Positions 10,340 through 22,162 of a stretch of 64,000 bases of DNA are shown piece after piece. The notes below the pieces were generated by a model, which saw only the letters and a list, made by a program, of their open reading frames with translations, ran no database searches and was not told the DNA's origin. Each line of letters opens with the position of its first letter. Position 1 is the first letter of the stretch. The DNA comes from an uncultured Erysipelotrichaceae bacterium (GTDB lineage Bacteria; Bacillota_I; Bacilli_A; RFN20; CAG-826), in the NCBI GenBank assembly GCA_900316365.1, contig ONCO01000004.1:74918-138917 (forward strand), in the 5' to 3' direction. A program made the translations under genes and the position numbers.

Positions 10340-10735
10340 TTACCAGACGTAGCAGAGAACTTCTCCGCCAACGTTAGCTTTGCGAGCTTCGGCATCAGTG
10401 AGCAAGCCTTTTGGGGTGCTGATGATGGCGATGCCAAGACCTTTGAGGACGCGTGGGAGCTTGTCAGCTTCGGCGTAGACGCGAAGGCCTGGTTTGCTGA
10501 TGCGCTTTAAGCCAGAGATGACTCTCTCGCCAGAGGCGCTGTACTTAAGGGTGAGGGTGAGGGTTTTGAAGCCATCGACCACTTCAACCTTGGCATCGTT
10601 GACGAAGCCCTGCTCTTTGAGGATCTTCGCGATGCCTTCTTTGGTTTTGCTGTTCGGCATGGAGACCTCTTCGTAGCGTAACGCGTTGGCGTTGCGGATG
10701 CGGGTCAGCATGTCGGCGATTGGATCTGCGTTCAT
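10340..10735 (-). CDS. rpsH: 30S ribosomal protein S8
   Basis: [13 protein letters not shown]; [10 protein letters not shown]; GGEVLCYVW. Confidence 0.98.
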   Translation of the reverse strand: MNADPIADMLTRIRNANALRYEEVSMPNSKTKEGIAKILKEQGFVNDAKVEVVDGFKTLTLTLKYSASGERVISGLKRISKPGLRVYAEADKLPRVLKGLGIAIISTPKGLLTDAEARKANVGGEVLCYVW

Positions 10736-10754
10736 GTTGTATGTCTCCTTTCCT

Positions 10755-10940
10755 TTACCAGCTGGCCTTCTTCATGCCAGGGATTTCGCCTTTGTAAGCA
10801 AGCTCACGAAGGCAGATACGGCAGAGGCCGAATTTGCGAAGGACACCATGAGGACGGCCGCATCTCTTGCAGCGGGTGTAGGCTCTGGTGGAGAACTTCG
10901 CAGGTCTCTGTTCTTTGTTAACTAAGCTTTTCTTTGCCAT
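10755..10940 (-). CDS. rpsN: 30S ribosomal protein S14 (Zn-binding, type Z)
   Basis: 61 aa with [15 protein letters not shown]. Confidence 0.97.
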   Translation of the reverse strand: MAKKSLVNKEQRPAKFSTRAYTRCKRCGRPHGVLRKFGLCRICLRELAYKGEIPGMKKASW

Positions 10941-10945
10941 TGTTA

Positions 10946-11536
10946 TTACCTCTTGAACGGCATGCCCATCATCTCAAGGAGAGAGTAGGCTTCCTTATCG
11001 CTCTTCGCAGTGGTAACGATGACGACATCGAGACCACGGATGGTGACTTTGTCGAAGTCGATTTCTGGGAAGATGATCTGTTCTTTGACGCCCAAGGTGT
11101 AGTTGCCGTGGCCGTCGAACGCGTTCTTGCTGATGCCGCGGAAGTCACGGACACGTGGGAGCGCGATGGAGACGAGCTTATCGAGGAACTCGTACATACG
11201 AGTGCCGCGAAGGGTGACCTTGCAGCCGATGGCCTGGCCCTGACGAAGTTTGAAGGTCGCGATGGACTTCTTCGCCTTGGTGACGACTGGCTGCTGGCCG
11301 GTGATGGTCGCGATATCAGCAACGGCTTCTTCAAGAGCTTTGGAGTTGCTGGTGGCTTCGCCAACGCCGCAGTTGAGAACGATCTTCTCAATTTTTGGCG
11401 CCTGCATAACGGAAGTGTAGCCGAACTCTTTGACAAGAGCTGGAACGATTTCTTCCTTATACTTCTTAGCTAAACGGTTAACGTGCTTGACTGGAGTCGC
11501 TTCTTCAACGGCTTCGGTTTTCTTTTTGGTTGCCAT
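10946..11536 (-). CDS. rplE: 50S ribosomal protein L5
   Basis: [13 protein letters not shown]; [10 protein letters not shown]; IFPEIDFD. Confidence 0.97.
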   Translation of the reverse strand: MATKKKTEAVEEATPVKHVNRLAKKYKEEIVPALVKEFGYTSVMQAPKIEKIVLNCGVGEATSNSKALEEAVADIATITGQQPVVTKAKKSIATFKLRQGQAIGCKVTLRGTRMYEFLDKLVSIALPRVRDFRGISKNAFDGHGNYTLGVKEQIIFPEIDFDKVTIRGLDVVIVTTAKSDKEAYSLLEMMGMPFKR

Positions 11537-11553
11537 GTTGATCGGCTCCTTTC

Positions 11554-11859
11554 TTAGTCAAGGCTCTCGCCGGACTTGGCGAGGCGGACTTTCTTTCCTT
11601 TAACGACGCCCATGTGGACCCTGGTGGCCTTCTTGGTCTTTGGATCGATTAGAGCAACGTTAGATGCGTCAAATGGGACATAGATGTCAACGACAGAGCC
11701 CTCTGGGGTCTGCTGGGTTGGCTTCTTATGTTTCTTATGAACATTGATGCCTTCGACAACGACTTTGTTAAGCTTTGGATAGACGCGCTGGACGGTACCC
11801 TGCTTTCCTTTGTCGGCGCCGGAGATGACAATGACTTTATCGCCTTTTTTGATGTTCAT
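11554..11859 (-). CDS. rplX: 50S ribosomal protein L24
   Basis: [22 protein letters not shown] motif. Confidence 0.97.
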   Translation of the reverse strand: MNIKKGDKVIVISGADKGKQGTVQRVYPKLNKVVVEGINVHKKHKKPTQQTPEGSVVDIYVPFDASNVALIDPKTKKATRVHMGVVKGKKVRLAKSGESLD

Positions 11860-11871
11860 GTCTTCTTCTCC

Positions 11872-12240
11872 TTATAAGACTTCGCTGGCAAGGGAGATGA
11901 TTTTCATATAACCCTTGTCACGGAGTTCGCGGGCAACTGGGCCAAAGACGCGGGTGCCGACTGGCGCACCTTCATTGTCGACGATGACAACAGCGTTGTC
12001 GTCGAAGCTGATGGTGGAGCCGTCCTTGCGCTGGACTGGATGCTTAACGCGGACGATGACGCCTTTGACGACGTCGGACTTCTTAACCTTGCCGTTTGGG
12101 ATAGCTTCCTTGACGGCGCAGAGGACGATGTCCCCTAAGGTAGAGGTCTTCTTGTGGCTGCCGCCATACTGACGGAAGACACGGACGAGGCGGGCACCGG
12201 AGTTATCGGCGACCACGAGATTAGTTTCCTGGATGACCAT
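11872..12240 (-). CDS. rplN: 50S ribosomal protein L14
   Basis: VADNSGAR; FDDNAVVI; [12 protein letters not shown]. Confidence 0.97.
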   Translation of the reverse strand: MVIQETNLVVADNSGARLVRVFRQYGGSHKKTSTLGDIVLCAVKEAIPNGKVKKSDVVKGVIVRVKHPVQRKDGSTISFDDNAVVIVDNEGAPVGTRVFGPVARELRDKGYMKIISLASEVL

Positions 12241-12581
12241 TATTCAGCCTCCTTGGCGGTTTCAACTTCAGCGGCGGAACCTTCCTTAGCTTCGAGGGAA
12301 GCTTCGGCGGCCTCGGCGTTGACGATGGTTTGGGCCTTCTTGTCGACGGAGACTAAGCGGAAGCGCTTGGTCGCGGACATTGGGCGGCACGCCATGACGG
12401 TGACGGTATCGCCGACTTCGGCGACGTTGTTCTCGTCGTGGGCGCGGATCTTGGTGGAGTAACCGACTCTCTTACCATAAAGAGGATGGTTACGTTTGGT
12501 TTCGATGACGACCGTGATGGTCTTGTCGTTCTTGGTAGAAGTGACGACACCCTGGAAGGTGGTTCTAGTATTTCTTTCCAT
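12240..12581 (-). CDS. rpsQ: 30S ribosomal protein S17 with C-terminal Ala/Glu tail
   Basis: [14 protein letters not shown]; [12 protein letters not shown]. Confidence 0.96.
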   Translation of the reverse strand: MERNTRTTFQGVVTSTKNDKTITVVIETKRNHPLYGKRVGYSTKIRAHDENNVAEVGDTVTVMACRPMSATKRFRLVSVDKKAQTIVNAEAAEASLEAKEGSAAEVETAKEAE

Positions 12582-12592
12582 AACCTTTCTCC

Positions 12593-12793
12593 TTACTTGG
12601 TGATGTTAAGCTCTTTTTCACGCTTAACGGTTTCGGCTTTCGCGATGTCTTTGCGGACAGCGCGGATTTCTTCGCCATGCTCTAACTGGCCGACCGCTTT
12701 CTTGCGGCGGAGTTCGAAGAGCTGAGCGCGGAGGTCATAGAGCTTCTCATCGAGCTCTTTGACGGATAATTCGCGGAATTCTTTGACTTCCAT
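12593..12793 (-). CDS. rpmC: 50S ribosomal protein L29
   Basis: 66 aa with [10 protein letters not shown]; position between rplP and rpsQ. Confidence 0.95.
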   Translation of the reverse strand: MEVKEFRELSVKELDEKLYDLRAQLFELRRKKAVGQLEHGEEIRAVRKDIAKAETVKREKELNITK

Positions 12794-12795
12794 CG

Positions 12796-13239
12796 TTACT
12801 CTCCTTTCTCGTCAGCGGCTGGAGCGTTGACTTTTTCGTTCTTCACGATTTTGCATTCGCATGGGAGCTTGTAGCTCGCAAGGCGTAAGGCTTCGCAGCA
12901 GATCTTGCTGTCGATGCCACCGATCTCGAAGAGGACGGTGCCTTTCTTGACGACTGCAACCCAGCCTTCTGGGGAACCTTTACCGGAACCCATACGAACT
13001 TCGGCTGGCTTCTTGGTCTTCGCCATGTGTGGGAAGATGCGGATCCAGACCTTACCGGCTCTGTCGGTATAACGAGAGAGAACGATACGGGCGGATTCAA
13101 TCTGATGATCGGTGATGTAGCAACCTTCCTGAGCCTGGATGCCGTAATCACCGAAGGCGACGGTCGTGCCGCCTTTGGCGTGTCCTTCATACTTTAAGGC
13201 ATGAGGACGACGATACTTAACGCGCTTTGGCTGCAACAT
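12796..13239 (-). CDS. rplP: 50S ribosomal protein L16
   Basis: Start moved to ATG 13239 ([10 protein letters not shown], with RBS AGGAG); [12 protein letters not shown]. Overlaps the rpsC end by 23 nt. Confidence 0.96.
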   Translation of the reverse strand: MLQPKRVKYRRPHALKYEGHAKGGTTVAFGDYGIQAQEGCYITDHQIESARIVLSRYTDRAGKVWIRIFPHMAKTKKPAEVRMGSGKGSPEGWVAVVKKGTVLFEIGGIDSKICCEALRLASYKLPCECKIVKNEKVNAPAADEKGE

Positions 13240-13939
13240 TTTTGGCTTCTCCTTTCGGGGCTTCTTTGGCCTCTTTAGCTTTGGCCTCATCAGCAGCCTT
13301 GTTTAAGCTGCGGCAGATCCAAACTTTGACACCGATACGGCCATAGGCGGTATGGGCATCGACGTGTGCGAAGTCGATATCCGCACGGATGGTGTGAAGA
13401 GGGACGACGCCTTCTTTGTAACCTTCGCGACGGGCGATTTCAGCACCACCGAGACGGCCAGAGCAGAGGGTACGGCAACCTTTGGCGCCCGCTTTGCGGA
13501 TACGCTGGAGGGCCTTCTTCTGGGTGGCACGGTAGGAGGCACGGTTCTCGAGCTCACTGGCAATCCAGTTGGCGACTAAGGTCGCATCGAGATCCGGATC
13601 CTTGACGTCGAGGACGTCGAGTTTGACGCTGGAACCAGCGGCAACGATGCCTTCAAGCGCTTTGGTGATCTTGGTGACGTTGGTGCCATCCTGACCGATG
13701 ACGACGCCTGGACGGGCGACGAAGAGCTTGACGGTGACTTTGTGACCTTTGTCGGTCTTGACGCGGTCGATCTCGATGTGGGAGATGGAGGCGTCTTTGC
13801 AAGCCTTGTTGAGGTACTTGCGGATGTTGATGTCTTCGATAAGGAAGGCGCTGTAATTACGGTTGTTGGCGTACCACTTGGAATTCCAATCACGGTTGAC
13901 ACCAATTCTCATGCCGACGGCATTGACTTTTTGTCCCAT
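13217..13939 (-). CDS. rpsC: 30S ribosomal protein S3
   Basis: [13 protein letters not shown]; [10 protein letters not shown]; [10 protein letters not shown]. Confidence 0.97.
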   Translation of the reverse strand: MGQKVNAVGMRIGVNRDWNSKWYANNRNYSAFLIEDINIRKYLNKACKDASISHIEIDRVKTDKGHKVTVKLFVARPGVVIGQDGTNVTKITKALEGIVAAGSSVKLDVLDVKDPDLDATLVANWIASELENRASYRATQKKALQRIRKAGAKGCRTLCSGRLGGAEIARREGYKEGVVPLHTIRADIDFAHVDAHTAYGRIGVKVWICRSLNKAADEAKAKEAKEAPKGEAKNVAAKAR

Positions 13940-13960
13940 AGTTTTCTACTGCTCCTTTCC

Positions 13961-14524
13961 TTATTTGGCTTCCTTCACGATAACGCGAAGGTTGGCGTTT
14001 CTCTTAACGAGGCCGGACGCGCTGCCTTTGGCGCGCGGGATGAATCTCTTGATGCGGAGACCATCGGAGGCCTGGATTTCGGCGACATAGAGGAGGTTTT
14101 CCTGCATGCCGAAGTTGTTGACGGCGTTAGCGGCCGCGCTCTTGATCGCTTTGGCGACTGGGAGGGAGGCAGCTTTGTTGAGCCTGGACAAGATGCCGAG
14201 GGCTTCAGCGACGGATTTGCCACGGACGACATCGCAGACGAGTCTCACTTTACGTGGGGTGGTGCGGATGTTCCAGACGGTGCAGATGGCTTCGGTGACG
14301 GCTGGTTTTTCAACCTTCTTCTCGGCCTTCTTTTCGACCTTCTTGGCTTCTTCCTTGGCGGCAGCCTTCTTGGCTGGGGCCTTCTTCGCTGGGGCAGCGG
14401 CTTTGACTTCTTCCTTCGCCTCGACAGCGGCTTCCTTCTTAGGAGCAGCTTTCTTAGCTGGGGCTTTCTTGGCGGCCGCTGGTTTCTTCGCAGCGGTCTT
14501 CTTTTCTTTCTTTTCTTCAGCCAT
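13961..14524 (-). CDS. rplV: 50S ribosomal protein L22 with ~75-aa Lys/Ala-rich N-terminal extension
   Basis: TPRKVRLVCDVVRGK; PRAKGSA. Likely start is ATG 14524 after GAGG. Confidence 0.95.
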   Translation of the reverse strand: MAEEKKEKKTAAKKPAAAKKAPAKKAAPKKEAAVEAKEEVKAAAPAKKAPAKKAAAKEEAKKVEKKAEKKVEKPAVTEAICTVWNIRTTPRKVRLVCDVVRGKSVAEALGILSRLNKAASLPVAKAIKSAAANAVNNFGMQENLLYVAEIQASDGLRIKRFIPRAKGSASGLVKRNANLRVIVKEAK

Positions 14525-14538
14525 TGTTCGCTTCCTCA

Positions 14539-14826
14539 TTATTTCTTGGCGGCCTGATCGCCGACGTTATTGCCGTGATGGCCCTGGAAGGTCCTGGTTG
14601 GCGCGAATTCGCCAAGCTTATGACCGACCATGTCTTCAGTGACGAAGACGGTGATGTGTTCGTGTCCATTGTAGACAGCGAAGGTCTGTTCCACGAAAGC
14701 AGGGTAGATGGTGGAACGACGAGACCAAGTCTTGATGATCTCTTTTTTGCCGGACTTCTGTAAGGCTTCGACCTTCTTGAGAAGGTATTCGTCTACGAAT
14801 GGTCCTTTTTTGCTAGAACGTGCCAT
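14539..14826 (-). CDS. rpsS: 30S ribosomal protein S19
   Basis: [12 protein letters not shown]; [15 protein letters not shown]. Confidence 0.98.
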   Translation of the reverse strand: MARSSKKGPFVDEYLLKKVEALQKSGKKEIIKTWSRRSTIYPAFVEQTFAVYNGHEHITVFVTEDMVGHKLGEFAPTRTFQGHHGNNVGDQAAKK

Positions 14827-14844
14827 TTAATCTATCTCCTTTCC

Positions 14845-15678
14845 TTATTTGCTATTCCTACGTCTCACGATTAAGCGAGTGGAATTCTTCTTAACGCGGC
14901 GGGTCTTAACACCCTGAGTGCGTTTGCCCCATGGGGAACGTGGCGCGTCGCGACCAACAGGGCACTTACCTTCACCACCACCATGTGGGTGGTCGTTCGG
15001 GTTCATAGCGGAACCACGGACGGTTGGACGGATGCCAAGCCAACGAGTCTTACCGGCCTTACCTTTGTTGATAAGGTTCCAGTCTTCGTTGCCGACGGTG
15101 CCAACAGTGGCGCGGCAGTTCTTTAAGAGCTTGCGGACTTCGCCAGAAGCGAGACGGACGATGACATAGTTGCCTTCGGAGCCGAGGACCTGGGCGGAAG
15201 TGCCAGCGGCACGGCACATCTGAGCGCCTTTGCCTGGCTGGAGTTCAACGTTGTGGATGAAGGTACCTTCTGGGATGTTCTGTAATTCGAGCGCGTTGCC
15301 GATCTTGATATCGGTGGCTTCGCCGGAGATGACTTTGTCACCAACCTTTAAGCCGTTCGGCTGAATGATGTAACGCTTTTCGCCGTCAGCGTAGTTGAGA
15401 AGGGCGATGTAGGCGTTGCGGTTTGGGTCGTACTCGATGGCCGCGACGGTGGCTGGGATGCCATCCTTGCGACGACGGAAGTCGATGATACGATAACGAT
15501 TCTTGTTACCACCGCCGATGTGACGGCAGGTGATCACTCCCTGGTTGTTTCTGCCACCGGTGTGCTTCTTGGTGGCGAGTAACGATTTTTCAGGAGTGGC
15601 TTTGGTGATGTCCTCGAAGGTCGAGTTGCTCATGGCGCGACGGCTCTTCGTATATGGACGATAAGTTCTGATAGCCAT
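14845..15678 (-). CDS. rplB: 50S ribosomal protein L2
   Basis: IEYDPNR; [21 protein letters not shown]. Confidence 0.98.
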   Translation of the reverse strand: MAIRTYRPYTKSRRAMSNSTFEDITKATPEKSLLATKKHTGGRNNQGVITCRHIGGGNKNRYRIIDFRRRKDGIPATVAAIEYDPNRNAYIALLNYADGEKRYIIQPNGLKVGDKVISGEATDIKIGNALELQNIPEGTFIHNVELQPGKGAQMCRAAGTSAQVLGSEGNYVIVRLASGEVRKLLKNCRATVGTVGNEDWNLINKGKAGKTRWLGIRPTVRGSAMNPNDHPHGGGEGKCPVGRDAPRSPWGKRTQGVKTRRVKKNSTRLIVRRRNSK

Positions 15679-15728
15679 TTCTTTTTCTCCTATATTGGAT
15701 GCTTTCTAGTTTGACTAGTGGTGATTCC

Positions 15729-16151
15729 TTACTCTTTGAAGAGGTCGATCGCCTCACCGTTCTTGACGGTGATGACGGCTTTCTTGAAGCCGCTGATCGT
15801 GCCCTGGTAACGACCGCCGCGGGTGGTGGTCTTGGATGGGACGTTGACAACCTTTACATCGGTGACAGCGACCTGGTAGAGACGCTGGAAGGCAAGCTTG
15901 ATCTCGGTCTTGTTGGCCTTCGCGCTCACGCGTACGGTAACCTTATTGCTATTCTGCATAAGGGCCATGCTCTTTTCAGTGATGACTGGTTCGAGGATGA
16001 CTTCGAAGTCATGCGTGGTGGCCTTGGCGAACTTCTTCGCTTCAGCTTTGACTTCTTCTTTTTTCGCAGCCGCTTTCTTTGGGGCGGCTTTCTTCTTGGC
16101 TGGAGCCTTCTTTTCTTCGGCAACAGCTTCGACAATCTTTTCTTCTGCCAT
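15729..16151 (-). CDS. rplW: 50S ribosomal protein L23 with Lys/Ala/Glu-rich N-terminal extension
   Basis: PVITEKS; ANKTEIKLAFQRLY; FKKAVITV. Confidence 0.95.
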   Translation of the reverse strand: MAEEKIVEAVAEEKKAPAKKKAAPKKAAAKKEEVKAEAKKFAKATTHDFEVILEPVITEKSMALMQNSNKVTVRVSAKANKTEIKLAFQRLYQVAVTDVKVVNVPSKTTTRGGRYQGTISGFKKAVITVKNGEAIDLFKE

Positions 16152-16813
16152 TATTTGAGGGCCTCCTCAAGTTTCTTGATGCCGTCTTTGCTGATCACCA
16201 AGTTGGTGAAGTTGAGCACGTCATAGACGGAGACGTTTCCGAGTTCGTCGAGCGCGACGTTCTCAAGGTTGTTGGCGGAGAGAATGAAGTTCTCAATGCC
16301 TTTGATGGACTTCTCATCTTCCGGAAGGTCGGTGACGATGAGGGTCTTGCCTTCGGCCTTGATGGCCTTGAGGCTATTGGCTAACGCCTTGGTGGAGACT
16401 TCCTTGAGGCAGAGGGAATCAACGACGATTAAGCCGTTGCCGACTTTCTCAGAGAGGACAGTCTTAAGGGCAAGAGCGTGAGCTTTCTTGTTCTGGGAGA
16501 GCTTGTAGTTCTGCATCCCATCTGGTCCGAAGACGGTGCCACCACCAACATAGATTGGGGAACGGGTGGAACCGGCGCGGGCACGGCCGGTGCCCTTCTG
16601 GCGATATGGCTTCTTGCCACCACCGCTGACTTCGTGGCGCTTCTTGGTTTTGGCGGTCGCCTGACGGCTGTTGGCCTGATCAACGACGACGGCGTCGTGG
16701 ACGACCTGGACGTTCGCGTCCTTGATGCCGAAGACGGCAGCGGAGACGGAGACGGTGCCAGCTTCTTCGCCGGCGAGGTTCACGACTTTAAGGGAGATTT
16801 TCTTTTCAGCCAT
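16151..16813 (-). CDS. rplD: 50S ribosomal protein L4
   Basis: GGGKKPYRQKGTGRARAGSTRSP..GGGTVFGP. Confidence 0.97.
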   Translation of the reverse strand: MAEKKISLKVVNLAGEEAGTVSVSAAVFGIKDANVQVVHDAVVVDQANSRQATAKTKKRHEVSGGGKKPYRQKGTGRARAGSTRSPIYVGGGTVFGPDGMQNYKLSQNKKAHALALKTVLSEKVGNGLIVVDSLCLKEVSTKALANSLKAIKAEGKTLIVTDLPEDEKSIKGIENFILSANNLENVALDELGNVSVYDVLNFTNLVISKDGIKKLEEALK

Positions 16814-16818
16814 TGTGC

Positions 16819-17505
16819 TTATTCTCCTTTCTTATCCGCGTAGTTCGCTAATTCCTTAACGACTGGCTTACGGAACTGAGCTCTGACAGGGCTGCGGAGC
16901 ATGACGATGCTCTTCTTTGGTCCTGGGAGCGCGCCTTTGACGAGAATGTAATTCTTCTCGGCATTGACTTCGATCAAGGTCACGTTGAGAACGGTGGCCT
17001 GATGTGGGGCCATGTGACCAGACATGTGCTTGCCTGGGATGACACGGTTGTTATCACGACCGTTGTTGGCAAGGGAGCCGATCTGACGGTGATAGCCAGA
17101 ACCGTGGCCCTTTGGACCAATGTGGTGATGATATCTCTTGATGGTGCCAGCGTAACCGTGGCCCTTGGTGGTGCCGATGACGTCAACGACTTCGCCGGCC
17201 TGGAAGATAGACGCGTCGATGGTCTCTCCAACGTTCTTGGAGTAGATTTCGTCGCCCTTTAATTCATATAAATGTTCTTTTGGGCTGACACCGGCCTTTT
17301 TGAAGTTGCCCGCTTCAGCCTTGTTGGCCTTGCGTTCTGGCATATCTTCATAGCCGACCTGGATGGCTTCATAGCCGTCCTTTTCTTTCGTCTTCTTGGC
17401 GGTAACCGCGTTAGGTAAGACCTCAACGACGGTGACAGGATACATGGTCCCGTCCTGAGCGAAGACCTCGGTCATGCCCATTTTTCTTCCGATGATGGAT
17501 TTCAT
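16819..17505 (-). CDS. rplC: 50S ribosomal protein L3
   Basis: GRKMGMTEVF; VDVIGTTKGHGYAG; VKGALPGP. Confidence 0.97.
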   Translation of the reverse strand: MKSIIGRKMGMTEVFAQDGTMYPVTVVEVLPNAVTAKKTKEKDGYEAIQVGYEDMPERKANKAEAGNFKKAGVSPKEHLYELKGDEIYSKNVGETIDASIFQAGEVVDVIGTTKGHGYAGTIKRYHHHIGPKGHGSGYHRQIGSLANNGRDNNRVIPGKHMSGHMAPHQATVLNVTLIEVNAEKNYILVKGALPGPKKSIVMLRSPVRAQFRKPVVKELANYADKKGE

Positions 17506-17518
17506 GATTGAGTCCTCC

Positions 17519-17830
17519 TTATAACTTCACGTCGATGTCGACGCCAGACGGCAAGTCTAAGCGGCGAAGTAATTCGACGGTTTCCTTGGTTGGGTTGGTG
17601 ATGTAGATCAACCTCTTGTGAGTTCTGATTTCGAACTGTTCGCGGCTATCCTTGTATTTGAAGGTAGCGCGAAGCACGGTGTAAACCTGCTTCTCGGTCG
17701 GGAGTGGAACTGGTCCAACGACCCCGGCGCCAGTGTTCTTCGCCACGTCTAAGATCTTTTCGACGGCTAAGTCGAGGATCTTGTGATCATAGGCGACAAG
17801 ACGGACGCGGATCTTGTTTTCTTTTGCCAT
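17519..17830 (-). CDS. rpsJ: 30S ribosomal protein S10
   Basis: [14 protein letters not shown]; GPVPLPTE; [14 protein letters not shown]. Confidence 0.98.
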   Translation of the reverse strand: MAKENKIRVRLVAYDHKILDLAVEKILDVAKNTGAGVVGPVPLPTEKQVYTVLRATFKYKDSREQFEIRTHKRLIYITNPTKETVELLRRLDLPSGVDIDVKL

Positions 17831-17844
17831 GAATTTTTCCTCCT

Positions 17845-17945
17845 ATTCTGTTTTTCAGGCTGCAAGGCTCTTTGCTCCTAGCGAATTCCCCGGCCACCCA
17901 TCCATGACAACGCCTGTGGGTGTGTCGGCAACCTCGCTATTCATC
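17845..17945 (-). promoter_or_regulatory. Conserved Firmicutes S10-operon leader RNA
   Basis: The minus strand reads GAGGTTGCCGACACACCC...TTGTCATGG, resembling from memory the leader of Bacillus/Clostridia S10 operons. Confidence 0.65.
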
Positions 17946-17964
17946 GCAAGCGCCAGCGTGAATA

Positions 17965-17993
17965 ACTATACGCATACGCATAGGGGCATGCAA
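17965..17993 (-). promoter_or_regulatory. Sigma-70/SigA promoter of the S10 operon
   Basis: TTGCAT-17 nt-TATAGT on the minus strand. Confidence 0.7.
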
Positions 17994-18116
17994 GCAAAAT
18001 GTGAAAAAATTTGTGATTATGAGCACTTTTCGACTTTTTAACGTTAGCCCAAAATCAAAAAGAAAAGGCCCCATCGAAGAAACCTTGACTTTTGTGCACG
18101 GTGCACAAATATGACG

Positions 18117-18791
18117 TTATTTTACGTCTAATTTTTGGTTTAAAGAGGCTTTGTAGGCATCCCATTTTAGGCGAGATTCTAGGGAAAACTCACATCCGCA
18201 GTACTTCTGGTAGTAGAGATCGTAGCCTTTACGCATATTCACCCCGATTAAGGCCCCATCATGCTTCTTAAAGTCGCTATAGAAGTATTTGGTCTTGGAG
18301 TGCGTTTTCTCGAGTTCCTCCCCGATATGGTTAAGAATCAGAGAATTTTTCTCCCTGGAGATGGTCATGACCGTGCAGAAATAATCGAAGCCATGCTCTT
18401 CCGCGAAGTCATAGCTAGACTTCATGCGTTTGTTATAGCAAATATGGCATCTTTTCCCGCATTCTGGCTCATCTTTATACGGCAAAAGGTCCTCCATATA
18501 TTTCTCGTGGTTATATGCAGGAACGATGAGTTTGATGTCGTATCCGTAGTCCCTTTTGATATAGGAGATTAACTTCTCAAGCTCCCCTAACCTCTTCTGG
18601 TATTCCTCTTCTGGGTAGATGTTGGAATTATCAAAGTAAATAGTTAGGTCGAAGTGTTTGCAGACGTAGGTTAAAGGGAAACATGCGCATGGCGCGCAAC
18701 ACACGTGCATGAGGAGGCTTTTCTTTTCGCCTCCAAAGGAGGCGATTATCTCCTCACCCTTGTCGTAATAGTTGACGTAAGCGTCCCCCAT
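18117..18791 (-). CDS. queH: Epoxyqueuosine reductase QueH (DUF208)
   Basis: LLMHVCCAPC, YFDNSNIYP, CHIC and YQKYCGCEFS; follows queA. Confidence 0.92.
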   Translation of the reverse strand: MGDAYVNYYDKGEEIIASFGGEKKSLLMHVCCAPCACFPLTYVCKHFDLTIYFDNSNIYPEEEYQKRLGELEKLISYIKRDYGYDIKLIVPAYNHEKYMEDLLPYKDEPECGKRCHICYNKRMKSSYDFAEEHGFDYFCTVMTISREKNSLILNHIGEELEKTHSKTKYFYSDFKKHDGALIGVNMRKGYDLYYQKYCGCEFSLESRLKWDAYKASLNQKLDVK

Positions 18792-19848
18792 TAATCCTCC
18801 GCGTTGTGGGAATAATCGTATTTCCCATAGATAAACATGCCATCTCCAAAGGAGAAGAAACGATATTTCTCTTTAACGGCTTCCTCGTAGCAATGGAGGG
18901 TCCATTTCCTGCCCATGAAGGCGGAAACGAGCATGACCAAAGTGCTCTTAGGAAGGTGGAAATTGGTGATTAAAGCATCGACAGCTTTGTATTCGTAGCC
19001 TGGGTTGATGAAGATAGCGGTCGCTTCGCGAGTGGCCTTGAAAGTGCCGTATTTCTGGAAGCAGGATTCAAGGGTTCTCACAGAGGTGGTGCCAATCGCG
19101 ATGATGCGGCGACCTTCTGCTTTCGCTTTGTTAAGTCTCTCGGCAGCTTCTTCACTGATTTCGTAGAGCTCGCTATGCATGACGTGGTCTTTGGTGTCCT
19201 GGACTTTGACTGGACGGAAAGTGCCTAAGCCAATGTTTAAAGTGATGTCCACCACTTCCACGCCTTTGGCTTTGAGCTTATCGAAAAGCTCGTTGGTGAA
19301 ATGGAAGCCGGCCGTTGGGGCAGCCGCGGATCCTGGGACCTTCGCATAGACGGTCTGGTATTCGGAATTATCGGAGATCTGTTGCTTGATGTATGGAGGG
19401 AGAGGCATCTTGCCTAAAGATTCCAAAACCTCGAGGAAAATGCCCTCGTAATGGAATTCCATCCTACGGATGCCTTCCGGGAGAACCTCGACACAGGTGG
19501 CCTTAAGTTCGCCATGCCCGAAAGAGACGACGGTACCGACTCTGACCGAGTGGGCACCACCGACCAAGCATTCCCAAACATCTCCTTCAATCTGCTTTAA
19601 AAGAAGGCATTCGCAATGGCCATGAGTGGCTTCCTTCTCGCCGATAAGGCGGGCTGGGATGACCTTGGTGTTATTCCTGACCAAAACATCGCCTGGATTA
19701 AGGTAATCGATGATATCGAAAAACTTCTTGTGCTCGATGTTCTTATGTTCGCGATCGACGACCATTAAGCGGCATTCGTCGCGTTTCTTCGATGGGGTTT
19801 GAGCAATAAGTTCCTCAGGAAGATTGAAATCAAATAAGTTGATGTCCA

Positions 19849-19849
<1 letters not shown>
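18791..19849 (-). CDS. queA: S-adenosylmethionine:tRNA ribosyltransferase-isomerase
   Basis: [14 protein letters not shown]; PLPPYI; [15 protein letters not shown]; [10 protein letters not shown]; FFSFGDGM. Confidence 0.97.
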
Positions 19850-20985
<1,136 letters not shown>

Positions 20986-21049
20986 CTAGAGGTTCTTTGC
21001 TTACTAAGCAACGAATAGCGCCTGTAAGCCTTTCCCTAAGCGAAAAAGA

Positions 21050-21073
21050 AAAAACGCACCCCGTGGATGCGCA
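21050..21073 (-). terminator. Intrinsic terminator after the ASCH gene
   Basis: GCGCATC/GGTGCGT stem plus a T-run on the minus strand. Confidence 0.6.
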
Positions 21074-21104
21074 ATTCAAACCAAAATAAGAGGGACGGGT
21101 GTGT

Positions 21105-21449
21105 TTAAATGGGTTTTATCCTAATGGCCAAAACGCCATTCTTCTCGATTCTTTCCTTCGGGTATATGGCATACATATCGCGGTAATCACTAGGCTCATC
21201 TTCCATATAGCCAAGCATGGTTTTCGAATAGGTTTCATAGACTTCTTTAAAGCTTGGGTAAGCCTTGATGTCCACCACTTCAACTAGCAAAGTTTCTCGT
21301 TCGTCTTCGGTGCAATGGAAAAGAATCTGATCGCCTGGAACGATCAGTTTTCTCTTCTCATCATTGATGCGCATTTCGATACATTTCCGCCCATCTTTGA
21401 TTCTTTGCATGTATCGGAGCATTAACCCCATCTCGTATAAATTGCCCAT
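21105..21449 (-). CDS. ASCH (PUA-like) domain protein
   Basis: IKDGRKCIEMR..DEKRKLIVPGDQILF..GVLAIRI fits the ASCH pattern; start moved to ATG 21449. Confidence 0.8.
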   Translation of the reverse strand: MGNLYEMGLMLRYMQRIKDGRKCIEMRINDEKRKLIVPGDQILFHCTEDERETLLVEVVDIKAYPSFKEVYETYSKTMLGYMEDEPSDYRDMYAIYPKERIEKNGVLAIRIKPI

Positions 21450-21485
21450 AAAAGAAAGCCCGCTTCTAGAGCGGGCCAAGTTATC

Positions 21486-22067
21486 TTACCAATATTTGAC
21501 GGCCATCAATGCCATCGCTTTGCTTACTTCGGCCGAGGATAGTTCTTGGAACTTCGAGACGTCGTAACCTTTTCTGGCGAGGTTAGCTAAACCTTCTTCG
21601 CCATGGAACCAGGTGGCAAGGCCGCCTTTTTCGAGGCCATTGTCATCGGTAAGCTTCTCGACTTTGATTGGAAGGTAGAACATCTGGCTGCCGCGAAGCA
21701 TGAAGTTCTGCGGTTCCCAGCTTAAGGCCACCTTGGAGAAACGGGCGAAACGATAAAGACTGAATAACGCGGCGAAATAGCCCTCTTCGAGAGGTTTGAC
21801 CGCCAAAGTCTCGAGGATGTCCTTTTCTGGGAAATAGTCGAAGGCGATCGCCTTACGCTCATCGTCATGGTAATCCATCTTAGCCATGTTGATGCCCGCA
21901 TGCTTCAAGGTCTTATAATCTTCGAGGACTTTATCGTATCCTTCGCGGTAAACACGCACCATATAATGGACATTTGAATACACGCACACATAGGTGGTGT
22001 GGTCCGGGTGTTCTGCCAATACGGATTCAACGACAAATTTTTTCTTCTTAATTAATATCTCGTCCAT
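21486..22067 (-). CDS. Hypothetical protein, possible degenerate kinase-like fold
   Basis: Codon-biased 193-aa ORF; EPQNF..MFYL resembles a phosphotransferase catalytic-loop region. Confidence 0.6.
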   Translation of the reverse strand: MDEILIKKKKFVVESVLAEHPDHTTYVCVYSNVHYMVRVYREGYDKVLEDYKTLKHAGINMAKMDYHDDERKAIAFDYFPEKDILETLAVKPLEEGYFAALFSLYRFARFSKVALSWEPQNFMLRGSQMFYLPIKVEKLTDDNGLEKGGLATWFHGEEGLANLARKGYDVSKFQELSSAEVSKAMALMAVKYW

Positions 22068-22162
22068 AGTTCATTATTATAAGGTATTCAGACTCAAGTA
22101 TCGAGAGTTTGAACCTTAAAAAAGTAGAAAAAATAAATTGGAACGATTAACATACGTAGGCT

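Noticed and set aside
13240-13290. Extended rplP start given by the ORF track
   Set aside because: The canonical MLQPKR start at 13239 has its own RBS; the extension is out-of-frame rpsC sequence.
13742-14557. Long antisense ORFs over ribosomal and other genes (also 10934-11473, 46505-46960, 59359-59997)
   Set aside because: Shadow ORFs caused by the strong codon bias of the real genes on the opposite strand; no motifs or RBS.
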